From: Acetobacteraceae bacterium
Lineage (GTDB): Bacteria > Pseudomonadota > Alphaproteobacteria > Acetobacterales > Acetobacteraceae
Direction of reading: 5' to 3'
Assembly: GCA_027311485.1 (NCBI GenBank)
Contig: DAICYU010000001.1
Span: 1-38,369 of the forward strand
Length of the DNA: 38,369 bases
Positions within the stretch are counted from its first letter, which is position 1, and every line of letters begins with the position of its first letter. The notes under the pieces were generated by a model. The model was not told the origin of the DNA. It saw only the letters and a list, made by a program, of their open reading frames with translations, and searched no databases. Below are positions 19,529 through 28,371 of this stretch, one piece after another. A program made the translations under genes and the position numbers.

Positions 19529-20566
19529 TCAGGCGATTTCTAAGTCGTAGCGATGCAACTTGTTTCGGAGTGTACGTATCGAGATGCCCAGGGCCGCGGC
19601 GGTCTTGGTGCGGTTGCCCCCGTTGCGCTGCAACATGGACATGATCGCATCGCGCTCCAGCGTCTTTAGTTTAGTGGGAGGCATGGCAGCCGGTGCCGGT
19701 CCGGATAAGCAACAAGTATTGCCAACGGAAATTTCCAGCGCGGCGGCGGCGATCACCGACCCGTCCGTCAGCACGCTGGCGCGGTGAATGACGTTTTCCA
19801 GCTCCCGCACGTTGCCCGGCCAGTGATAGGCGCGCAGCAGGGCGACGGCATCGGGTGCAAGCGTTCTTGGTCCGTCGGAAGAACGATGCCGGGCGAGGAA
19901 GTTTTCGGCGAGCGGCAGTATGTCCTCCGGTCGGTCCTTCAGGTCGGGGATGAGGATGGCCAGGACATTCAGGCGATAGAACAGGTCTTCGCGGAAGGTC
20001 GAGTTCTGCACCTCCCGCAGGATGTCGCGGTTGGTGGTGGCCAGGATGCGGACATTCACCCGCACGGGTTGCGATCCGCCGATGCGGTCGATCTCACGTT
20101 CCTGAATCGCGCGCAGCAATTTCGCCTGCAGGTTCAGGTCGATCTCGGTGATTTCGTCCAGCAGGAGCGAGCCTGCGTTCGCGGCTTCGAACTTGCCGAT
20201 GCGGCGGCCGATCGCGCCGGAGAACGCGCCTTTTTCATGGCCGAACAATTCCGATTCAAGCAGCGCCTCGGGGATCGCGGCGCAATTCACAGCGACGAAC
20301 GGACGCGCCGACCGGCTGGATTGGGCGTGGATGTGGCGGGCCAGGACTTCCTTGCCGGTGCCGGACGCCCCGGAGATCAGTACCGAGGCATCCGAGCGGG
20401 CGGCCCGTTCGGCACGCTCGATCACGGTCGCCATGGCGCGGTCGCGGAACACCAGGTCCTTGACCGGTCTGGTGCCGCCGCGTGCCGACGCATGGGCGGA
20501 ACCGTAACTGTCGTAGGCGACGGGGATGTCCCGCGCGCGATCGGCGGATTGAAGAAAGGAGACCAT
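19529..20566 (-). CDS. flbD: sigma54-dependent activator, FlbD-like, lacking an N-terminal receiver domain
   Basis: GASGTGKE, ELFGHEKGAFSGA, LLLDEI, FREDLFYRLNV, WPGNVRELEN and a Fis-type HTH (GNRTKTAAALGISIRTLRNKL); lies between fliN and flhA. Confidence 0.8.
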   Translation of the reverse strand: MVSFLQSADRARDIPVAYDSYGSAHASARGGTRPVKDLVFRDRAMATVIERAERAARSDASVLISGASGTGKEVLARHIHAQSSRSARPFVAVNCAAIPEALLESELFGHEKGAFSGAIGRRIGKFEAANAGSLLLDEITEIDLNLQAKLLRAIQEREIDRIGGSQPVRVNVRILATTNRDILREVQNSTFREDLFYRLNVLAILIPDLKDRPEDILPLAENFLARHRSSDGPRTLAPDAVALLRAYHWPGNVRELENVIHRASVLTDGSVIAAAALEISVGNTCCLSGPAPAAMPPTKLKTLERDAIMSMLQRNGGNRTKTAAALGISIRTLRNKLHRYDLEIA

Positions 20567-20602
20567 TGCTTCGCGGGACCGTTGTTTATTGCGGGCGGAC
20601 GC

Positions 20603-20887
20603 CTATTGGCTGGACTTGACGATTTCGGTCATGGTGACGCCCAGCCGGGTATCATCGACCATCACCACCTCACCACGGGCGATCAGCCGGTTGTTGACGT
20701 AGATGTCGATCGCCTCCCCCAGCCGCCGGTCGAGTTCCACGACGGCGCCGCGGCCCAGTTTCAGCAATTGCGAGACCTGCATGGTCGCCTTGCCGACGAC
20801 CGCGCTGACGGTTACGTTGATGTCATAAACTGCTTCGAGGTCGGTCACCGAGCCCCGGTCCAGTGTTTCGGGCGGTTCCTGGCTCAT
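20603..20887 (-). CDS. fliN: Flagellar motor switch protein FliN
   Basis: DLEAVYDINVTVSAVVGK...LLKLGRGAVVELDR...IYVNNRLIARGEVV. ATG 20887 follows AGGA. Confidence 0.93.
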   Translation of the reverse strand: MSQEPPETLDRGSVTDLEAVYDINVTVSAVVGKATMQVSQLLKLGRGAVVELDRRLGEAIDIYVNNRLIARGEVVMVDDTRLGVTMTEIVKSSQ

Positions 20888-20888
20888 G

Positions 20889-21512
20889 TCAGTTCCTATC
20901 CGCGGTGAGGGGTTCCGGTTCGGCATCGATCGCATCGAGGAGCAGCGGCGCGAGGGCGGACACCATTTCGCGCAGCGTTTCGGTCCAGCTTGCTTCCGCC
21001 TTGCCCAGTCGCCACGACAGCGTGATCGAGTCGACCAGCTGGATCGTTTCATCGGCTACCGCATGGGTTCCGGGCGCGGTGGCGACCAGGAGCGGTTTGC
21101 CGTCCTGGGACCGTACCGATATCTGCGGCACCGTGGATAGCAGCGCCGGCTTGACCAGGTCGGTCATCCGCTGGATGCGCTCCTCCACCCCGGCGGACCA
21201 GTGCTCCCGCCCCAAGGCGGTGGTGGCGTCAAGCAGCAGGCGTGCGACCAGCAGCGATGCGGTCTCAACCGACTGGCTCAGCCGGTCTTCCATCTGGCCG
21301 AGCGCGGTGAGCATGTCTGGGTTTGGGCAATGATGATCGGATGCCACGGCCAAGTGCCGGGCGGCGTGCATATAGCCGTCTGTCCAGGCATTCTCCAGGA
21401 TCGGTTCGGCGGGTTCCAGGTCTGGCTCCGTCGTGCTTGCCGGTGCGGAGTCGGCCGGATCACCGTCCTGGTTGAAATCTTCCAGATGCCAGGTATTCGC
21501 CATGAAGTTCAT
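20889..21512 (-). CDS. Divergent FliH/FlbE-like protein (assigned by position)
   Basis: Lies between fliG and fliN with an ATGA overlap to fliG; only weak FliH-like features (AWTDGY; C-terminal 'SITLSWRLGKAE'). Confidence 0.55.
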   Translation of the reverse strand: MNFMANTWHLEDFNQDGDPADSAPASTTEPDLEPAEPILENAWTDGYMHAARHLAVASDHHCPNPDMLTALGQMEDRLSQSVETASLLVARLLLDATTALGREHWSAGVEERIQRMTDLVKPALLSTVPQISVRSQDGKPLLVATAPGTHAVADETIQLVDSITLSWRLGKAEASWTETLREMVSALAPLLLDAIDAEPEPLTADRN

Positions 21513-22531
21513 TCGACGACCCGATCATCGCTATCGGAGTTCAGTTCGATTTCACCGGTTGCCGCGAGTTCCTTCGCCACGTTGGCGATGATGGCCTGTG
21601 CGGCCTCCACATCGCGCAACTTGACCGGACCGAGCGAGGCGATCTCGTCGCTGAGCATGCGGGAAGCGCGTTCGGAGAGGCTTTGCAGGAACAGGTTGCG
21701 TATTTCGGGCGTTGCGCCCTTCAGGGCGATGGGCAGTTGTTCCTTGTCCACGTTGCGCAGCAGGACCTGGATGCCTTGGGGCGACAGGCGCAACAGGTCC
21801 GCGAAGGTGAACATCTGCGCTTTGATCTTTTCCGCCGACTCGCGGTTCTTTTCCTCCAGCCCGGTCATAAACCGCACCTCGGTACGACGGTCGAAGTTGT
21901 TGAAGATGTTGGCCAGCATGCGGTGCGAGTCGTGGCGGGATGCACGCGCGAGGTTCGACATGAATTCGACCCGCAGGATGCGTTCGACGCGATCGAGCAC
22001 GTCTTTCTGCACCGATTCCATCCGCAGCATACGCAGGATAACCTCGATGGCGAACGAGTCCGACATCAGCGTCAGCACGCGTGCGGAATGGTCTGGTTTC
22101 AGCATCGATAACACGACGGCGACGGTTTGCGGGTATTCGTTCTTCAGGTAGCTGGCCAGGATTTCTTCGCTGACATTCCCCAGCTTGTCCCACATGGTGC
22201 GGCCAGCCGGGCCGCGGATCTCCTCCATGATCTGGTTGACGCGGTCGCGGGACAGTACCTTGCTGAGGAGGTTTTCGGTGCTTTCGAAGCTGCCCATAAG
22301 GCCGGGAGAGGACTCGAACGTCTCAACGAATTCGGCGCATAGCTGTTCGACGGCATCCGCCTGGACGGCGCCGAGTTGCGCCATGGCGGCCGACAGTTGC
22401 TTGATTTCCTCGTCATGCATCATGCCGAAGAATTTGCTGGCGGTTTCCTCGCCCATCGCAAGCATCAGGATGGAGGCTTTCCTGAGGCCGGACATCGGTT
22501 CATTTCGTAGGTTTGCCAATAGCTTCGCCAT
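21509..22531 (-). CDS. fliG: Flagellar motor switch protein FliG
   Basis: SGLRKASILMLAMGEE, IMEEIRGPAGRTMWDKL, KNEYPQTVAVVLS, MFTFADL, GPVKLRDVEAAQ. Confidence 0.96.
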   Translation of the reverse strand: MAKLLANLRNEPMSGLRKASILMLAMGEETASKFFGMMHDEEIKQLSAAMAQLGAVQADAVEQLCAEFVETFESSPGLMGSFESTENLLSKVLSRDRVNQIMEEIRGPAGRTMWDKLGNVSEEILASYLKNEYPQTVAVVLSMLKPDHSARVLTLMSDSFAIEVILRMLRMESVQKDVLDRVERILRVEFMSNLARASRHDSHRMLANIFNNFDRRTEVRFMTGLEEKNRESAEKIKAQMFTFADLLRLSPQGIQVLLRNVDKEQLPIALKGATPEIRNLFLQSLSERASRMLSDEIASLGPVKLRDVEAAQAIIANVAKELAATGEIELNSDSDDRVVE

Positions 22532-22650
22532 GATCCCCGACGCCCGTACCCTTCAGCCTTTCAGTGACCGTGCCGATGGCGTAGCGCCGGTCGGGTGCTG
22601 CGGCCGGAGCCTTGGGGTACGGTATCCGCCGCGCCCGGGCTCCATCTCCG

Positions 22651-22683
22651 CGTATAGGCGACAGTGCTTAACGGACGGTTAAC
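22651..22683 (-). promoter_or_regulatory. CtrA-binding site and putative class II promoter of the fliG operon
   Basis: Perfect TTAA-N7-TTAA at 22668-22682, followed on the minus strand after 11 nt by the -10-like TATACG. Confidence 0.75.
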
Positions 22684-22693
22684 GGTAGCGGCG

Positions 22694-23371
22694 CTAGTTC
22701 CCGACCGACTGGACGTTGCTGAACGGTACGGACAGTGATCCCATCGACAGGTCCACGGTGCCGGCGTTGTTCGTCACCGCCGTCGCGGTGCCGGTGATGG
22801 TGAAGGGCACCTGGGTTGTGGTGCCGGTGGATGAGGCGGTTGTCGCGGTGACGGTATAGGCGCCATCCGGCAGCGTCGCACCGCTGGCCGACTGCCCATT
22901 CCAGGTCCAGGTGTTCGGTCCGACGCTGCTGGTCACGGTGGCGCTTTGTACCTGGACACCGGATGCGTTATAGACCGCGATGGTGACGGGCTCGCTGGCC
23001 GATGTGCTGAAGTTCACTTTGGCCTGGCCGTTCTGCAGCGAGAGCTGGGAGCTGTTGATGGTCACCGGCTTGCCCAGCATGCTGGACGACTGCTCCACCT
23101 GGCTCGCCTGCGTCAACTGGATCAGCTGGGCCAGATCAGTGTTCGTGTTGATCTGCTGTTCCACCGAGGAGAATTGCACCAGTTCGCTGGTAAACTGGTT
23201 GGCATCCAGCGGTGAGGTTGGGTCCTGGTTTTTCAACTGCGTCATAAGCAGATTGAGAAACGTGGAGAAATTGTCCGACAGGCTGCCAAGAGCCGACGTG
23301 CCGACCTGTGAGATGGCGCTGGTGCCACCCGATGCTGTTGTGCCCGAAGTGGGCGTGACGCTGCCGCTCAT
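22694..23371 (-). CDS. flgD: Flagellar hook capping protein FlgD
   Basis: FLNLLMTQLKNQDPTSPLDANQFTSELVQFSSVEQ, TWNG...LPDGAY. Confidence 0.95.
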   Translation of the reverse strand: MSGSVTPTSGTTASGGTSAISQVGTSALGSLSDNFSTFLNLLMTQLKNQDPTSPLDANQFTSELVQFSSVEQQINTNTDLAQLIQLTQASQVEQSSSMLGKPVTINSSQLSLQNGQAKVNFSTSASEPVTIAVYNASGVQVQSATVTSSVGPNTWTWNGQSASGATLPDGAYTVTATTASSTGTTTQVPFTITGTATAVTNNAGTVDLSMGSLSVPFSNVQSVGN

Positions 23372-23389
23372 GTCATCTCCAATCCAGTG

Positions 23390-25261
23390 TCAGGCGGTAA
23401 TATCCAGTCCTATGCGATAGGATCTCGCTGCGGCGGCACCCGCCGGCACGGCGTCGCCGCGGGCCAGCGGGACACCGCCCTGCATGCCGTCCGGCTGGCT
23501 CTGGTAGGGGCTGCGGTTGCCGCTGCCGGCCTGTCCGTTCGGCTGGCCGGAGCCGGAGAAGCCGGTGCCCAGCGGGGTATTCGGGGCTGCGGTGGTGCTC
23601 GCGGCCTGGGATTCCGGGGCGGGCGCCGCGATGTGGAACGTCAGCGTCCGTCCGGCGGCCGGCATGCCGGCAAGGTCCAGGCTTTGATGCAACTGCGCCT
23701 GGCTGCTTTGCAGCATCGCCAGCGTGTCGGGCTTTTCCGCAATGACCTCGATCCGTGCCAGACCCGGTCCGGACCGCTCGATCCTGATCTGAACCAACCC
23801 AAGATCGGCCGGATGCAGGTGCAGTGTGACCTGCGGGTTGTTGGCGGCCGACGTCGCCACGCTGACGACCGCCATGGCGACCTGGTCCGGCGGTGAGGCT
23901 GGTGCCATGGCGCCGCCGGACGGCTTCGCCGCTTCGGTTGGCTGGCTGGGCAATGCGCCGGTCAACGGCGCGAGTCCGGCAACCTGGTTGAGGAGAGTCA
24001 CGGATCCGTTCTGTGGCGCGGCATCGCCGGTGGCCGTGGCAGAATTGCCGGGTACGCCGAGGCCGGTCAGCGGTGCCGCTGTGATTGGCGGCAGCGGCGC
24101 ACCGTCGGCCGGCGTTGCCACGGTCTTGCCGGGCAGTGGCTGCGATGCGGCGCGCGCGATCGCCGCCGGCGAACGACCTTGCGAAGGCACAGGCGGTGAC
24201 GTGGGGAGTGCAGGTGCGGGCGTGCTGGCCGCAGGCGATGCGGCCTCTTGGGTTGGCGGTGTGACCGGACCGGATGCCCCAGCCATCGCGGCCGGCGATA
24301 CCGGCAACGGCGACATGCCAGGCATCGGGTCGGATGCTGTCGCGATCGCCGCCGTCGCTTTGCGCGTGGCGGGGGCGGTCGGGACCCCGTCGCCGCCGGG
24401 GTTGAAAGGCTGTCCGGCAATGGGCGCCGCCGGCATTGTCGGGACCAGCCCAAAACCCGGCGGTACTGTCGTGGCGGGGGCTGCTGGCACCGTTGAGGCA
24501 GGCGTTGCGGGTATGTCCGCCTTCCGCGCCGGCCGCGATGTGACCGCTGTCGCCCTGTGCCGAACGATGGCCGGCGGTAGCGGTTCGGCCGGAACGGGTT
24601 GCTGTGCCGGTTGCGGGAGCACCAAAGGCAGGTTTGGCGGGGCCGCTGCCTGCTGGTCCGTAAGCGGCGATTGCTGGGCCTGCGCGGTTGGATCGGTCGC
24701 GCCCGATGCGGGAGAGATGCCCGGTGCCGGAGAAGTTCCCGATGAGGCATCGGCTGGCGTGCCCACGGGCGCGGCCGGTCCGCCCACCACCGGTGCGCCG
24801 GACGTGTGGAGCGGTTTCGCCGGATGCGTCGATTTGGCGACGGGCACGGCCTTCGCCACGGCAACGGGCGGCCCGCTGTCAGCCGGTCCGGGGTACGCAG
24901 GCGTGACGGCCGGTGGCACGGACGTCGATAGCGCAGCGGCGCCTCCGGCTGACGGCACAGGGGTATCAACCAAGGCCGCCGAGCGGGCCGCGCTGACAGG
25001 TTCAGCCGCGGCGGCGCCCGCGGCCTTGCCGCCGACGGTGACGGATTGGTCCCGTGTCGGCAGGGTTGCTGGCTTGATCGATGGGTCGGATGCTGGTCCG
25101 CCGCCGGGTCTCGCCGGCGAGGACGGATGTGATACGGTATTCTGGCCGCCTTGCGCGGCGAGCACCTGCGCGAACATCCCAGCCGGTGGCCGCGCCCCGG
25201 CTGGCACCGGCGTAGCTGTGGCCGCAGTCTGTGATGTTGCGATGGCAGCCGACAATGTCAA
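23390..25261 (-). CDS. fliK: Flagellar hook-length control protein FliK
   Basis: Long Pro/Ala/Thr-rich region followed by the FliK C-terminal domain (TLHLHPADLGLVQIRI...LHQSLDLAG). Start set to TTG 25261 (GGGAG RBS 9 nt upstream), which lies downstream of the sigma54 promoter. Confidence 0.8.
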   Translation of the reverse strand: MTLSAAIATSQTAATATPVPAGARPPAGMFAQVLAAQGGQNTVSHPSSPARPGGGPASDPSIKPATLPTRDQSVTVGGKAAGAAAAEPVSAARSAALVDTPVPSAGGAAALSTSVPPAVTPAYPGPADSGPPVAVAKAVPVAKSTHPAKPLHTSGAPVVGGPAAPVGTPADASSGTSPAPGISPASGATDPTAQAQQSPLTDQQAAAPPNLPLVLPQPAQQPVPAEPLPPAIVRHRATAVTSRPARKADIPATPASTVPAAPATTVPPGFGLVPTMPAAPIAGQPFNPGGDGVPTAPATRKATAAIATASDPMPGMSPLPVSPAAMAGASGPVTPPTQEAASPAASTPAPALPTSPPVPSQGRSPAAIARAASQPLPGKTVATPADGAPLPPITAAPLTGLGVPGNSATATGDAAPQNGSVTLLNQVAGLAPLTGALPSQPTEAAKPSGGAMAPASPPDQVAMAVVSVATSAANNPQVTLHLHPADLGLVQIRIERSGPGLARIEVIAEKPDTLAMLQSSQAQLHQSLDLAGMPAAGRTLTFHIAAPAPESQAASTTAAPNTPLGTGFSGSGQPNGQAGSGNRSPYQSQPDGMQGGVPLARGDAVPAGAAAARSYRIGLDITA

Positions 25262-25303
25262 AGCCCGCGTCTCCCGCTCGGCGCAATAGGTCCGGATTGG
25301 CTG

Positions 25304-25320
25304 TGCAATCCCCGGGCCAA
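25304..25320 (-). promoter_or_regulatory. sigma54 promoter of fliK-flgD
   Basis: TTGGCCCGGGGATTGCA (GG-N10-GC). Confidence 0.7.
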
Positions 25321-25358
25321 TCGAAATCACGTCCGAAACGGGATATCAGTGTGGTGGG

Positions 25359-25373
25359 CGGCAAAAACTGCCG
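25359..25373. promoter_or_regulatory. ftr-like (FlbD-binding) enhancer
   Basis: CGGC-AAAAACT-GCCG matches the Caulobacter ftr pattern CGGC-AAA-N4-GCCG; about 90 bp upstream of the flgE sigma54 promoter. Confidence 0.65.
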
Positions 25374-25447
25374 GGTCGTTTCTGCCGCTTCTGCAATCCG
25401 TGCCGGGCGAGGGCGTGGGAAAAGCCCGCTGTCACCGTGGCCCAAGG

Positions 25448-25464
25448 CTGGCATGCTTCCTGCT
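25448..25464 (+). promoter_or_regulatory. sigma54 promoter of flgE-flgK-flgL
   Basis: CTGGCATGCTTCCTGCT (GG-N10-GC), 41 nt upstream of the flgE ATG. Confidence 0.7.
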
Positions 25465-25505
25465 GATGCAGGCCATGCGACAGCATTTCTTCGGAGCGTT
25501 TCATC

Positions 25506-26828
25506 ATGTCCCTGTTCGGTGCCCTTAATACCGCGATCAGCGGTCTCGGCGCCCAGTCCGCGGCATTCGGCAATATCAGCAATAACGTCGCGAACAGCCA
25601 GTCGGCCGGCTTCAAGCGCGTTGACACCAATTTCGTCGATTACCTGACGACCAGCAATCCGCAACAGAACGAACCCGGATCTGTTGTCGCGACACCCCAG
25701 TATGTCAATAACGTTCAGGGCACCATTTCGCAGACCGACAATCCGCTGGCGCTGGCCATCACCGGCCAAGGTTTCTTCGCCGTGTCCCAGGCCACCGGCA
25801 CGTCGAACGCCCTGCCCACATTCGATCCGCAACAGTATTATAGCAGAGCCGGCAACTTTTCGATGAATGCGTCCGGCTATCTGGTCAACAGCTCCGGCCA
25901 GTATCTGAATGGTTGGGCGGTCAATCCCATCACGAACACCGCGGACCAGAACGTCCTGGCACCAATCCAGGTGAGCCAGGCCAGTTATAATCCGGTCGCC
26001 ACCACCAACGTCACCTTGTCGGCGAACCTGCCGGCATCACCGTCATCGGGCACGGGGACTGCGACCAACCCGATCTCATCGCAGATCAGCGTCTATGATT
26101 CGTTGGGAACATCGCACACGGTCACGCTCAACTGGGTGCAGAACACGGCGGGTGACTGGACCGTTTCGGTCAATGTACCGGACGATACCAGCGGCGCGAA
26201 CCGCGGTTCCGCCGACGTGAAATTCGGACCGGCCAGCGGCAACGCCGTCGCAGCGGGCACGATCGGGCAGATCGGGTCCGTCACCGGCAGCGTCACGTCG
26301 GGTGGATATGTCTCCAACCAACCGGCGACGCTGCAGTTCACCACGAATTTCGGCTCCGGTCCGCAGACGATTACATTGAACCTGGGCCAATATGGCGCGA
26401 CGACCGGCGTGACCCAGTATGCCGGCAGTAGCTACGCCCTGCGTGGCCTGACCCAGAACGGCGTTCCGCCGGGCAGCTTTTCCGGCGTCAGTATGCAGAC
26501 CAACGGCGACGTGGTCGTCAACTACGACAATGGCCAGACCCGCACCATCGCGCAGGTGCCGATCGTGACCTTCGACAATCCGAATGCGTTGCAAAGCCAG
26601 AATGGCCAGTCCTTTTCCACGACGCTGGCCAGCGGCACGCCGCTGGCCGACGCGGCCGGAACCAACGGCGCCGGCAACCTGGTCACCGGGTCGGTGGAAA
26701 ACTCCAACGTCGATATCGCCACGGAGTTCTCGCAGCTCATTGTCGCGCAGCAGGCGTATTCGGCGAATGCCAAGGTCGTCACGACATCCAACCAGATGCT
26801 GCAGACCACCATCAACATGCAAACCTGA
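25506..26828 (+). CDS. flgE: Flagellar hook protein FlgE
   Basis: ISGLGAQ...ISNNVANSQSAGFK, LAITGQGFF, YSRAGNF, VENSNVDIATEFSQLIVAQQAYSANAKVVTT; 440 aa. Confidence 0.95.
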   Translation: MSLFGALNTAISGLGAQSAAFGNISNNVANSQSAGFKRVDTNFVDYLTTSNPQQNEPGSVVATPQYVNNVQGTISQTDNPLALAITGQGFFAVSQATGTSNALPTFDPQQYYSRAGNFSMNASGYLVNSSGQYLNGWAVNPITNTADQNVLAPIQVSQASYNPVATTNVTLSANLPASPSSGTGTATNPISSQISVYDSLGTSHTVTLNWVQNTAGDWTVSVNVPDDTSGANRGSADVKFGPASGNAVAAGTIGQIGSVTGSVTSGGYVSNQPATLQFTTNFGSGPQTITLNLGQYGATTGVTQYAGSSYALRGLTQNGVPPGSFSGVSMQTNGDVVVNYDNGQTRTIAQVPIVTFDNPNALQSQNGQSFSTTLASGTPLADAAGTNGAGNLVTGSVENSNVDIATEFSQLIVAQQAYSANAKVVTTSNQMLQTTINMQT

Positions 26829-26841
26829 CGGGACTTGAGCC

Positions 26842-28371
26842 GTGGGACTGACTTCGGCCCTTTCGATCGCCAACAGTGGGCTGGCGAATATCAATGCCCA
26901 GTTCTCGATTCTGTCGCAGAACATCGCCAATGCGGCGACGCCAGGGTATGCGGCGGAATCCGGCACGCAGCAGTCCCTGACCGCCGATGGAATCGGGCTG
27001 GGGGTGCGGACCGGCCCTGCCACGCGGGCGATCAACCAGGCGCTGCAGGCTTCGGTCATCCAGCAGAATGCGATCGTGGCCGGCTCGCAGACGACACAGA
27101 CCGCGCTCCAGGCGATCGACAGCGTGCTGGGCACGCCCGGATCGGGTGCCGATCTGGGTAGCCTGTTGGGTAATGTGCAGAACAGCTTTTCCACGCTGCT
27201 GAACGACCCCGGCAACCAGACCCAGCAGAATGCCGTGGTGACTGCCGCGTCGACGCTGGCCCAGGGGATGAACACCCTGTCCGCATCCTATACGGCGCAA
27301 CGGCAGGCGGCGCAGAACGACCTGCAATCGGCGGTGACAACACTGAACACCACACTGTCCAGCATCGGCCAGCTCAGCCGGCAGATCACCTCGCTGCAAC
27401 TGAGCGGACAGAGCTCGGCCGACCTGCAGAACCAGCGCGACGCCGCGGTGCAAACCCTGTCCGGCCTGATCCAGGTGAACGCGGTGGCGCAGCCGAATGG
27501 TGACCTGTCGCTGTTCACGTCCAGCGGGATCAGCCTGCCGACCAGCGGTCCGCCGAACACCTTTGCCATGCAGCCCGCTACCGTCGGCGCGCAGGGATAC
27601 TACCCTGGCGGCGGGTTGCCGGGGATTACGCTGAACGGCAGCGACGTTACCGGCCAGATGGTGGGCGGCCGGATTGGCGCGGATATTGCGCTGCGTGACC
27701 AGACGCTGCCGACGGCCCAGGCCCAACTGGATGAGTTCGCCTATGGCGTGGCGAGCCGGTTTGCGCAACAGGGACTCACCTTGTTTACCGACCAGTCCGG
27801 CACTGTGCCAACCGGTGGCGGCAGCCCGGCACAGGCTGGTTATGTCGGCTTTGCGGCTTCGATCCAGGTGAATCCGGCCGTGACGGCAACGCCGTCCCTG
27901 GTCCGGGATGGCACGAACACGGTGCCGGGCAGCGCAACCGGCGCAAGCGCCTTCACGCCGAACCCGACGGGTGGACCGGCCGGCTTCACCACCCTGATCA
28001 GCCGTGTGCTGTCCTACGCCCTGGGTACCCAGGCGCAAGCCGGGGTGCCGCAGCCGGCGCTCGAGACAAGCGGTCTGGGTCCCACAGGCACCCTGAGCGC
28101 GCCGTTCAGCGCGGCTGGCGATAGCCTGGGGAGTTTCGCCACCAGCCTGATATCGACCCAGGCGCAGCAGAGCGCCACCGTCACCAGCACCCTGACAAAT
28201 CAGCAGGCGCTGCAGAACAGCCTGAATGCGAAAGTGGCGAGCGGCAGCGGTGTCAACATGGATACCGAGATGTCGCAGATGCTGACGCTGCAGAATGCCT
28301 ATGGTGTGAACGCCCGCGTTATTTCCGCAGTGCAGACTATGTTTTATCAATTATTGCAGGCCATACAATGA
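26842..28371 (+). CDS. flgK: Hook-associated protein FlgK (HAP1)
   Basis: SQNIANAATPGY, DLQNQRD, SGVNMDTEMSQMLTLQNAYGVNARVI. Confidence 0.92.
   Translation: MGLTSALSIANSGLANINAQFSILSQNIANAATPGYAAESGTQQSLTADGIGLGVRTGPATRAINQALQASVIQQNAIVAGSQTTQTALQAIDSVLGTPGSGADLGSLLGNVQNSFSTLLNDPGNQTQQNAVVTAASTLAQGMNTLSASYTAQRQAAQNDLQSAVTTLNTTLSSIGQLSRQITSLQLSGQSSADLQNQRDAAVQTLSGLIQVNAVAQPNGDLSLFTSSGISLPTSGPPNTFAMQPATVGAQGYYPGGGLPGITLNGSDVTGQMVGGRIGADIALRDQTLPTAQAQLDEFAYGVASRFAQQGLTLFTDQSGTVPTGGGSPAQAGYVGFAASIQVNPAVTATPSLVRDGTNTVPGSATGASAFTPNPTGGPAGFTTLISRVLSYALGTQAQAGVPQPALETSGLGPTGTLSAPFSAAGDSLGSFATSLISTQAQQSATVTSTLTNQQALQNSLNAKVASGSGVNMDTEMSQMLTLQNAYGVNARVISAVQTMFYQLLQAIQ

Noticed and set aside
17464-22531. 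Injectisome (non-flagellar type III secretion) interpretation of the divergent flhA operon
   Set aside because: A canonical FliG and the adjacent hook, HAP and flagellin genes indicate a flagellum.
22553-22645. 30-aa minus-strand ORF (MEPGRGGYRTPRLRPQ...) in the fliG leader, as a fliF remnant or leader peptide
   Set aside because: No resemblance to FliF, GGAG abuts the ATG, and the composition looks random.
23900-25260. Pro/Ala/Thr low-complexity stretch as a repeat array or separate element
   Set aside because: No periodic DNA repeat seen; explained by the disordered ruler region of FliK.
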